NCBI GenBank assembly: GCA_041497895.1
Contig: JBGQHJ010000001.1
Coordinates: 1 to 64,000 of the forward strand
Origin: Candidatus Methylomirabilia bacterium
Lineage (GTDB): Bacteria > Methylomirabilota > Methylomirabilia > Rokubacteriales > CSP1-6
Length of the DNA stretch: 64,000 bases
Direction: 5' to 3'
The translations under genes and the position numbers were made by a program. The notes beneath the pieces were generated by a model, which worked only from the letters and a program-made list of their open reading frames with translations, ran no database searches and had not been told where the DNA came from. Below, piece after piece: positions 39,521 to 47,227 of this stretch (its first letter is position 1; each line of letters opens with the position of its first letter).

Positions 39521-40288
39521 ATGGTCCGCTACGCCTCGTATCCCAGCCTGGAAGATCGCGTCGTCTTCGTGACCGGCGGCGGCAGCGGCATCGGCGCCTC
39601 CGTCGTCGAGCACCTGTGCGCCCAGCGGGCCCGCGTCGCCTTCGTGGACATCCAGCGCGAGGCCTCCGAGGCGCTCGTGGCGCGCATCGCCGCGCGCGGG
39701 CTCCCGGTGCCGACCTTCGTTCCGTGCGACCTGCGGGACATCGCGGCCCTGCGCGCGGCGGTGGCCCAGGCCGAGGCGCGGCTCGGAGCCGTCCGCGTCC
39801 TGGTCAACAACGCCGCGCACGACGAGCGCCACGCGATCGAGGCGGTGACGCCCGAGTACTGGGACGATCGCTTCGCGGTGAACCTGCGGCACCAGTTCTT
39901 CGCCGCGCAGGCCGTCGTGCCCGCGATGGCCGCCGCCGGGGGCGGGTCCATCATCAATTTCGGGTCGACGTCGTGGCTGGTGGGGCAGGGTGGCATGCCG
40001 GCCTACCTGAGCGCGAAGGCCGCCGTCGCCGGGCTCACCCGGGCCCTCGCCCGGGATCTCGGGCCCCGGGGCATCCGCGTCAACAGCATCGTCCCGGGCT
40101 GGATCATGACCGAGCGGCAGATCACCCTCTGGCTGACCCCCGAGGGCGAGGAAGAGCTGATGCGCCGCCAGTGTCTCAAGCGGAAGCTCGTGCCCGAGGA
40201 CATCGCGCGCGTCGTCCTCTTCCTGGCCGCCGACGACAGCGACGCCTGCACCAACCAGAGCTACGTGGTCGACGGCGGCTGGGTCTAG
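39521..40288 (+). CDS. SDR oxidoreductase, D-xylose 1-dehydrogenase-like
   Basis: YPSLEDRVVFVTGGGSGIG, NNAAHDERH, VNLRHQFF, YLSAK, PGWIMTERQ. Confidence 0.8.
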   Translation: MVRYASYPSLEDRVVFVTGGGSGIGASVVEHLCAQRARVAFVDIQREASEALVARIAARGLPVPTFVPCDLRDIAALRAAVAQAEARLGAVRVLVNNAAHDERHAIEAVTPEYWDDRFAVNLRHQFFAAQAVVPAMAAAGGGSIINFGSTSWLVGQGGMPAYLSAKAAVAGLTRALARDLGPRGIRVNSIVPGWIMTERQITLWLTPEGEEELMRRQCLKRKLVPEDIARVVLFLAADDSDACTNQSYVVDGGWV

Positions 40289-40401
40289 CCGCGGCCGACC
40301 GTCGCGACCCGGCCCCACCCTGGGGCCCCCCCGCCCCACTCCCAACCGCCCGGGCCGGCCAGGCCCGACCAGAACCCGCCGGATTCGTTGAGGTCCACGC
40401 C

Positions 40402-40417
40402 TGGCATTCACGTTGCT
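40402..40417 (+). promoter_or_regulatory. sigma54 -24/-12 promoter TGGCAT-TCACG-TTGCT
   Basis: GG-N10-GC spacing, upstream of the USP gene. Confidence 0.65.
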
Positions 40418-40472
40418 CCTGCATCCGTCAGGTGAGGGGCGGCGCGTCCAGCCCCCGGGAGGATCGTGATCC

Positions 40473-40916
40473 ATGGTGAAGCGAATCCTGATGCCGGTCG
40501 ACCGTTCCCCTCGCGCGGATGCCGTGGCCGCCATCGTGGCCGACACCGCCCTCGGGGCCCACGCCAAGGTGCGCCTGCTCCACGTGGCCCCGGTGCCCTC
40601 GGCGGTCCAGGACACCGCCGGCCGCATCGTGGTCTACGCGGACCAGGAGCTGGCGAGCGTCAACAGCCGCGGCCTCGACTTCCTGCACGCGCTCGAGAGC
40701 CACTTCCCGGGCGTGGAGGTGGAGTGCGTGGTGCGCTTCGGCGACCCGGTGACGCAGATCCTGGAGGAGGCGGACACCTTCGGCGCCGACCTGGTCGTGG
40801 TGGGCACCGGCGGGCGGAGCGGCATCGGTCGCACCCTCATGGGCAGCGTGGCCGAGAAGGTCTTCGACCGCGCCACGGTGCCGGTGATGCTGGTGCGGCC
40901 TGCCGCGGCGGCCTAG
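40473..40916 (+). CDS. universal stress protein
   Basis: KRILMPVD, LLHV, GDP..ADLVVVGTGGRSG..MGSVAEKV..VPVMLV. Confidence 0.9.
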   Translation: MVKRILMPVDRSPRADAVAAIVADTALGAHAKVRLLHVAPVPSAVQDTAGRIVVYADQELASVNSRGLDFLHALESHFPGVEVECVVRFGDPVTQILEEADTFGADLVVVGTGGRSGIGRTLMGSVAEKVFDRATVPVMLVRPAAAA

Positions 40917-41719
40917 TCGCTCGCTCGAGCCGCGCGGCCCGGGGTGAGGGCCGCGGTCGTTCGCATGACCTGCTCGTAGTAGTCGAGGTGGCGGAGGCCG
41001 GCGGCGGCCTCGCGGTCGAGCAGGACCGTCACCTGCGGGTGTAGCTGGAGGGCGGAGGCGGTGACCGACGCGGTCACCGGGCCCTCGACCGCCCGCGCGA
41101 CCGCCTCGCGCTTCGCGGCGCCCGAGCCCAGCAGGAGAATCTGCCGCGCCTCCAGGATCGTGCCGATGCCCATGGTGATCCCGCACTCGGGCACCCGCTC
41201 GCCCTCCCCGAAGCCGCGGCGCGCGTCCTCGATCGTGGCGCGAGTGAGCGTCTTGACCCGCGTCCGCGAGGCGAGGCTCGACGTCGGCTCGTTGAAGCCG
41301 ACGTGGCCGTCGCGGCCGATGCCCAGCACCTGGAGATCGATGCCCCCCGCGCGCGCGATCATCCGCTCGTACTCCGCGCAGTAGCCCTCGACGTCGTCGG
41401 CCACCGTGCCGTCCGGGACGTGGATCCGCGCGGCCGGGATGTTCACGTGATCGAAGAGGGCCTCCCGCATGAAGCGGTGGAAGCTCCGGGGGTGCGACGG
41501 GTCAAGCCCGAGGTACTCGTCCAGGTTGAAGGTGGTCACCCGGGAGAGGTCGAGCCCCTCCTCGCGATGGAACCGGATCAGCTCGCGATACATCCCGAGC
41601 GGCGTGCCGCCCGCCGCGAGCCCCAGGGTGATCGCCGGCTTCTCGCGGACGCGGTGGGCCACGATGCGCGCGGCCTCCCGGTCGAGCGCGGGAGCGTCCG
41701 CCACCAGGACTACGAGCAT
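40913..41719 (-). CDS. nagB: glucosamine-6-phosphate deaminase
   Basis: TFNLDEY, LGIGRDGHVGFNEP, ITMGIGTI, ASALQLH. Confidence 0.92.
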   Translation of the reverse strand: MLVVLVADAPALDREAARIVAHRVREKPAITLGLAAGGTPLGMYRELIRFHREEGLDLSRVTTFNLDEYLGLDPSHPRSFHRFMREALFDHVNIPAARIHVPDGTVADDVEGYCAEYERMIARAGGIDLQVLGIGRDGHVGFNEPTSSLASRTRVKTLTRATIEDARRGFGEGERVPECGITMGIGTILEARQILLLGSGAAKREAVARAVEGPVTASVTASALQLHPQVTVLLDREAAAGLRHLDYYEQVMRTTAALTPGRAARASD

Positions 41720-41770
41720 CGGCCTCCCGCGGGCCCGGGCGCGGCGGTCACCGGATCGAGCCGGCGCGGA

Positions 41771-42613
41771 TCAGGGCCGATAGAACGGCCGGTCGCCCTT
41801 CACGGTCACGCGATGGCCGTGGCGACGCTGCGGGAAGTAGTCCCACATCGCGTGGTGCTGGGCGCAGCGGTTGTCCCAGAACGCCACCGAGTTCACCCGC
41901 CAGCGGAAGCGGCACTGGAACTCGGGCGTCTCCACGTGCTGGTAGAGGAATCCGAGCACCGCGGCGCTCTCGCTCCGGCTCAGCTGGACGATCCGCGTCG
42001 TGAAGGTGCGGTTGACGAAGAGCGCCTTGCGGCCCGAGACCGGGTGGGTGCGGATGACCGGGTGCTCGGCCTCCGGGAACTGCTTGCCCTCGTCCTTCAC
42101 GCCGTACCGGCCGCGGTAGACGTGCTCGCCGCGGTGGATGGCGGTCATGCCCTCCAGCAGGCGCTTCATGGGGTCGGAGAGCCCCTCGTAGGCCGCGTAC
42201 ATGCTGGCGAACAGGGTGTCGCCTCCGACCGGCGGCAGCTCGTGCATATAGAGGATGCTGCCCATCGGCGGCTCGGGGTCGCAGGAGACGTCGGAGTGCC
42301 AGTTCTCGCCCGCGACGTGCTTGGACTTCTCGTCCGCGTGGACCACCAGGATCTCGGGGTGCCCCTCCACCAGCCCGGGCGCGGCCGGATGCACGGCCAG
42401 CTCGCCGAACAGGCGGCCGAAGGCTTTCTGCTGCACCGGGGTGAGGTGCTGGTCCCGGAAGAAGATCACCTGGTTCTCGATGAGCGCGCCGTGCACCTGC
42501 TTGAAGGTGGGCTCGTCGAGCGGGCCCGAGAGGTCGACTCCGTGCACCTCCGCGCCGATGTGGGGCGTGAGCTTCTCGATGGTCAGGCCCCGCTCTCCTC
42601 CTGGATCTCTCAT
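41771..42613 (-). CDS. TauD/TfdA-family Fe(II)/2-oxoglutarate dioxygenase
   Basis: WHSDVS, GGDTLF, HPVIRTHP, WDNRCAQH. Confidence 0.9.
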   Translation of the reverse strand: MRDPGGERGLTIEKLTPHIGAEVHGVDLSGPLDEPTFKQVHGALIENQVIFFRDQHLTPVQQKAFGRLFGELAVHPAAPGLVEGHPEILVVHADEKSKHVAGENWHSDVSCDPEPPMGSILYMHELPPVGGDTLFASMYAAYEGLSDPMKRLLEGMTAIHRGEHVYRGRYGVKDEGKQFPEAEHPVIRTHPVSGRKALFVNRTFTTRIVQLSRSESAAVLGFLYQHVETPEFQCRFRWRVNSVAFWDNRCAQHHAMWDYFPQRRHGHRVTVKGDRPFYRP

Positions 42614-42713
42614 GGCCGCCTCCCGTGGGCCCGATCCTGCCCCGCACTCGTCGCCGCGTCAAGCGCCCTCGGAATGCATCGACAACGCGGCCTCGATCGT
42701 AGTAGAGAGGGGC

Positions 42714-43397
42714 ATGACGACCTACGTGCTGGTCCACGGGGCGTACCAGGGCGGCTGGATCTGGAAGCCGGTGGTCGAGCGGTTGCGCGGAGCCGGCCAT
42801 CTCGTCTACGCGCCCACCCTCGACGGCTGCGCCGAGCGGCAGGACCAGGTCCGGCCGGGCATCACGGTGGGCACCCACGCCCGCGAGATCGCGCGGCTGC
42901 TCTTCTACGAGGACCTGCGCGACGTCGTGCTGGTCGGCACCAGCTCCGGCGGCATGGTCATCTGCCGGGCCGCCGAGCTCGCGGGCGAGCGCCTGGGCCG
43001 CCTCGTGTTCGTGGACGCCCTGGCCCTCATGCCCGGGGAGCGGGTCGCGGACATCGTGAGCCGCCCGGCCGGCGACGTGACCGACGTGACCATCGCCCCC
43101 ACCCGGGCGGACGCGGAGGGGCGCATGTTCGCCGACCTCGAGTCGGCCACCCGGGTCTGGGCTCTCGCGCGCTACACCCCGCATCCGATCGCGGCCCTGG
43201 AGGCGCCGATGGAGCTGACCACGTTCTGGGATCGCGCGTGGACGGTCTCGGTGATCCGCTGCCGGCGCGCCCGCAACCCTCCCGAGGCCCACCAGCGCCG
43301 GACCGCGGAGCGGCTCAAGGCCCAGTACGCCGAGCTCGACACCGGACACTACCCGATGCTCAGCCAGCCCGACGAGCTGGTGCGCCTGCTCGGCTGA
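42714..43397 (+). CDS. alpha/beta hydrolase
   Basis: LVHGAYQGGWIW, VGTSSGG nucleophile elbow, TGHYPMLSQP. Confidence 0.85.
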   Translation: MTTYVLVHGAYQGGWIWKPVVERLRGAGHLVYAPTLDGCAERQDQVRPGITVGTHAREIARLLFYEDLRDVVLVGTSSGGMVICRAAELAGERLGRLVFVDALALMPGERVADIVSRPAGDVTDVTIAPTRADAEGRMFADLESATRVWALARYTPHPIAALEAPMELTTFWDRAWTVSVIRCRRARNPPEAHQRRTAERLKAQYAELDTGHYPMLSQPDELVRLLG

Positions 43398-43418
43398 GGC
43401 GGGGCCGGAAGATTTCCC

Positions 43419-43446
43419 TCGAGTTCCCGGCCCCCCCGGCCGATGA
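43419..43446 (+). promoter_or_regulatory. possible sigma28 (FliA)-type promoter TCGAG-N15-GCCGATGA
   Basis: The -10 is 7/8 to GCCGATAA; the -35 is degenerate; it precedes a flagellar rod-like gene. Confidence 0.4.
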
Positions 43447-43463
43447 AGGAGCGGGAGGGGACC

Positions 43464-43790
43464 ATGATATCGGCCCTGAGCGCCGCCGCGAGCGGCATGA
43501 ACGACGCGATGGTGCGCGTCGACGTCGCGGCGCACAACATTGCCAACGTCGACACCGCCGGATTCTCGCCGCTCGAGGTGAGCTCGGTCGAGATGCCGGA
43601 GGGCGGCGTCGCCCCGGTGGTGACGGCGGGCGTGCCCGGCCTCGGCGCGGCCCTGCCGCCGGGTGGGTCCGGCACCGATCTGGCGGCCGAGACGGTCAAC
43701 CTCATCCTGGCGCGGGTGGCCTTCGTGGTCAGCGCGCGGGCCTTCGCCACCGCTGCCCGGATGCAGCACACCCTCGCCCTCATCCGCTGA
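43464..43790 (+). CDS. minimal flagellar basal-body rod-like protein (N- and C-terminal motifs only)
   Basis: AASGM..AAHNIANVDTAGF and TDLAAETVNLI..SARAF; 108 aa. Confidence 0.75.
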   Translation: MISALSAAASGMNDAMVRVDVAAHNIANVDTAGFSPLEVSSVEMPEGGVAPVVTAGVPGLGAALPPGGSGTDLAAETVNLILARVAFVVSARAFATAARMQHTLALIR

Positions 43791-43876
43791 CCCCCGTCCC
43801 GCCGTCGCTTCCCCCCGGACCGGCGACCGCCGGCTCTACGAGGCTCCCGGGGCTCGCTCGCGGTAGACTATCCGCC

Positions 43877-44215
43877 ATGCTGCTGGACCCGGTGTTCTGG
43901 CTGTTCGTGCTCTCGGTGGGGCTATTGGTGGTCGGCGTGCTGGGTGTCGTCGTCGCCACCCGCCGGGCCCGGAAGAGCGAGCAGCTCGGTCTCCCCGGCG
44001 TGAGCCCGGACCTGGGCTCGGACTTCGCCCGGATCCACGAGCTGCAGACCCAGGTCAAGCGACTCGGCGACGAGTACGACCGGCTGCTCACGGAGCGCGA
44101 CGAGCTGGAGGCGGTGCTGACCCGCTTGGCGGGGCTCCTGGAGCAGGCGGACCGCGCCGCCGCGGGGCTCGCCGCCGCCGCACCGGACCACGCCGGCCAC
44201 CGCGTCACGCGCTGA
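43877..44215 (+). CDS. membrane-anchored coiled-coil hypothetical protein
   Basis: N-terminal TM helix followed by heptads; TAGACT -10 lies 7 nt before the ATG. Confidence 0.7.
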   Translation: MLLDPVFWLFVLSVGLLVVGVLGVVVATRRARKSEQLGLPGVSPDLGSDFARIHELQTQVKRLGDEYDRLLTERDELEAVLTRLAGLLEQADRAAAGLAAAAPDHAGHRVTR

Positions 44216-44292
44216 TCGATCGCTTTCACAACCCGGCCCGACCGGGGTCTCAGGCGGCGTAGAGCGAGACCACCAACCCGGGAGGAGTCCTC

Positions 44293-44742
44293 ATGAGCGA
44301 GAAAGCGACGCTGCTGCGCGATGCCGACCTGGCCTTCACCGACCTGCACGGAGCGATCGAGGGCCTGACCGACGACGAGATGCGTCGCGTCTGGCTCGGG
44401 AGCTGGGGCGTGCGCGAGATCCTGATCCACATCTCGGGCTGGCACGACGAGATGATCCCGGCGCTCCAGCGCGTCGGGCAGGGCCAGGCCCCGTATCCGG
44501 CCGGGACCTACGACGACTTCAACGCGTGGAACGCGCGCTTCGTCGACCGCAAGGCGGGGGTCAAGCCCGCCGACGTGGTGGCGGAGCTCGCCGCGTCGCA
44601 TCGAGCCTTCATGGCCGCCGCGACGCAGCTCCCGGAGGCGCTCTTCGCGCCGGGCGGGGCGGCGCGCGATCCCTTCGATGGCGCGGGCGCGGGACACTAC
44701 CGCGAGCACGCCGAGCAGATCCGTCAATGGCGGGGGCGGTGA
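44293..44742 (+). CDS. DinB/ClbS-like four-helix-bundle protein
   Basis: WGVREILIHISGW, HYREHAEQI. Confidence 0.8.
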   Translation: MSEKATLLRDADLAFTDLHGAIEGLTDDEMRRVWLGSWGVREILIHISGWHDEMIPALQRVGQGQAPYPAGTYDDFNAWNARFVDRKAGVKPADVVAELAASHRAFMAAATQLPEALFAPGGAARDPFDGAGAGHYREHAEQIRQWRGR

Positions 44743-45266
44743 CCGGGATCGCGCTCTTCGAGACCGCGATCGGCTGGTGCGGGATCGCGTGGGGCCCGCG
44801 CGGGATCACCGGCGTGCAGCTCCCGGAGGGGAGCGCGCCGGCGACCCGGACCCGCCTGCTCCGGCGCTTCCCGGGCGCGCGGGAGGCGCCGCCACCGCCG
44901 GAGGCGCAGCGCGCGATCGACGGCATCGTGACGCTCCTGCGCGGCGAGCCGAGCGCGCTCGACGGCGTCGCGCTCGACATGGAGGGCGTGCCCGAGTTCA
45001 ACCGCCGCGTCTACGAGGTCGCGCGCACGATCCCGTGGGGCGTGACGCTCTCCTACGGCGAGATCGCGAAGCGGCTCGGCGATCCGGGTGCGGCCCGCGA
45101 CGTCGGCCAGGCGCTCGGCCGGAACCCGTTCGCGATCGTGGTGCCGTGCCACCGCGTGCTCGCGGCGGGCGGCAAGTGGGGCGGCTTCTCGGCGCGGGGA
45201 GGGGTGGCGACGAAGCGGCGCCTGCTCTCGATCGAGGCGGTGCAGCGCCCGTTGCTCGACGACTGA
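44739..45266 (+). CDS. ogt: methylated-DNA-protein-cysteine methyltransferase
   Basis: SYGEIA, ARDVGQALGRNP, PCHRV. Confidence 0.9.
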   Translation: MTGIALFETAIGWCGIAWGPRGITGVQLPEGSAPATRTRLLRRFPGAREAPPPPEAQRAIDGIVTLLRGEPSALDGVALDMEGVPEFNRRVYEVARTIPWGVTLSYGEIAKRLGDPGAARDVGQALGRNPFAIVVPCHRVLAAGGKWGGFSARGGVATKRRLLSIEAVQRPLLDD

Positions 45267-45275
45267 GGCGGGGCC

Positions 45276-46010
45276 TCAGGCCTCGCGCAGCAGGCGGCCG
45301 AATCCGGCGACGGCCGCGCGCACCCCGGCGAGCCGCAGGGCTCGCCAGAGACACGCCTGGTTGCTGCTGATCACCGGCTTGCCCAGGTCGCGCTCGAGCG
45401 TCTCGAGCACCGCGACCGTCGGCAGGCCGGTTCCGCTCAGCAGCACCGCCTGCGCGTCCGGCGCGTCGGCCTGCCGGGCGAGCTGATAGGCGCGCTCCTC
45501 GCTCTCCGCGTAGATGTCGACCACGTCGGCCAGCCGGTGATAGCCGACGATGCGGAAGCCCGACGCTTCCCAGTACGCGCGGCCCTGCCGGCTGATCGAC
45601 TCCGGGTAGGGAGTGCCGAGGGCGAGCCGGCTCACCCCGAGGTGCTGGAGCGCGTCGCGCACCGCGTGAGCCGCGAGGAGGGCGGGCGCGCCGCCGAGCT
45701 TCGCCAGCCGGTCGACCAGCGGCTGCTCCCGGCCCACGCCCAGGGCGTAGCTCGACGCGGTGTGCGCGAGCACGACCACCGCGGGCCGCACCTGACCGAG
45801 CGCCTGCGCCGGCCCGTCGAGTCCCTCGCGGTAGGCGCGGGTGCGCTCCTCCATGCCCGCCGCGCCGCCCGCGGGCCCGTCGGCGGGCGGGGCCTGCATG
45901 CGGGCGAAGTGCAGGCTGACGCCGTCCGGCGCCATGCGGTAGAGCTCCGGCTCGACGGTGGGATTGCCGGGTGGCACCAGGACCCCGATGCGCGCGCGCC
46001 AGCCGAACAT
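45276..46010 (-). CDS. maleate isomerase / Asp-Glu racemase family protein lacking catalytic cysteines
   Basis: RIGVLVPPGNPTVEPE, GTPY, LERDLGKPVISSNQA; LAHTAS and LSGTGL where Cys is expected. Confidence 0.8.
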   Translation of the reverse strand: MFGWRARIGVLVPPGNPTVEPELYRMAPDGVSLHFARMQAPPADGPAGGAAGMEERTRAYREGLDGPAQALGQVRPAVVVLAHTASSYALGVGREQPLVDRLAKLGGAPALLAAHAVRDALQHLGVSRLALGTPYPESISRQGRAYWEASGFRIVGYHRLADVVDIYAESEERAYQLARQADAPDAQAVLLSGTGLPTVAVLETLERDLGKPVISSNQACLWRALRLAGVRAAVAGFGRLLREA

Positions 46011-47227
46011 CAGCCGCCGCCCTCGGGCGTGGGCGCCGGCGCGCCGGCGGGGCCGACCATGCGGACGAAGTTCGCCACCAGCGCCGGGCTGTGGAAGGAT
46101 CCCACGCGCTCGGTGAGCACCTTCACCGCGAACTCGCGGGAGCGCGCCTTCGCGTACGGCCGCGTCGTGCAGATGGCGTCGTAGACGTCGGAAATGGCGG
46201 TCATCTGGCTCGCCAGTGTCGGCCGGCGCCCGACCCGCGGCACCGGGTAGTTCGGCTGCCCGTCGAAGCGCATGTGGTGCTCGTAGGCCACCAGGATCGC
46301 GAGCGGATGGGTGCCCTCCACGCCGCAGAGGTGGGTGGCGCCCTCCTGGGCGTGGCTCATCATGACCCGCCACTCGTCGCCCTCGAGCTTGCCCGGCTTG
46401 TTCAGGACCTCGAGGGGGATCCGGAGCTTGCCGATGTCGTGCAGGAACGCGGCGAGCCCGATGGCGTGCAGGCGCGCGCCCTCGATGCCGAAGGAGCGGG
46501 CCTGGGCCAGGGTCAGGAGCGAGACGTTCACCGAGTGCACGAAGGTGTAGTCGTCGTGGGTCTTGAGCGGGGCCAGGGGCAGGATCTCGCGGGTGGCGCG
46601 CTGGAGCGCGTCCATGAGGCTCCACACCACCTGCTCGAGGCGGACGAGGCCGCCGCGGCGGTCGGCGCGGAACTCGGTGAAGGCGTCGCGCGCGCCGTCC
46701 ACGCTCTGCCCGGTCAGGGCCTCGATCACCGAGTCGTCGCCCCCGCCGCCTCCGCCGCCGCCCGGCCCCGCGCCCGCTCCCGCGCCGCCGCCCGGGCCGG
46801 GCCCCTCGAGCGCGGACGTCTGCAGCTCGACGCGGCCGACCACGATGTGCCGTGTCGACACCGGCGCGCCGCCCCGGGCCATCGGGGTGAGGAAGCGCAC
46901 GCATTCCTCCGCATCGAGCCCGCGGCCGATCGTGAGCCGCTCGACGCTGCGCCGGGTGAGGGCGCGGATGAACTGCTGGTGGTACAGGCTGCCGGTGCGC
47001 AGCGGCTGGTTCTCCACCACGAGGTCCTGGCCCACCACCAGGAAGGTCAGCGACTCCTTCTGGTACTCCTCGCACGCCGCCGCCACCGTCTCCAGGATGC
47101 GGTCGACGTGGCTCGTGAGGGCGGGATGCTCGGATCCGTAGAGCGCGCGCATGTTGATGCCGGCGACGAGGCTCACCACCAGCCGGTCGACCGCCGACAG
47201 CGCGCCCGGGAGCGCCGGCTCGGTCAT
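46010..47227 (-). CDS. HD-GYP domain phosphodiesterase (variant motif)
   Basis: DYTFVHSVNV, LHDIGK, EHHMRFDGQPNYP, SDVYDA..RPY. Confidence 0.85.
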   Translation of the reverse strand: MTEPALPGALSAVDRLVVSLVAGINMRALYGSEHPALTSHVDRILETVAAACEEYQKESLTFLVVGQDLVVENQPLRTGSLYHQQFIRALTRRSVERLTIGRGLDAEECVRFLTPMARGGAPVSTRHIVVGRVELQTSALEGPGPGGGAGAGAGPGGGGGGGGDDSVIEALTGQSVDGARDAFTEFRADRRGGLVRLEQVVWSLMDALQRATREILPLAPLKTHDDYTFVHSVNVSLLTLAQARSFGIEGARLHAIGLAAFLHDIGKLRIPLEVLNKPGKLEGDEWRVMMSHAQEGATHLCGVEGTHPLAILVAYEHHMRFDGQPNYPVPRVGRRPTLASQMTAISDVYDAICTTRPYAKARSREFAVKVLTERVGSFHSPALVANFVRMVGPAGAPAPTPEGGG

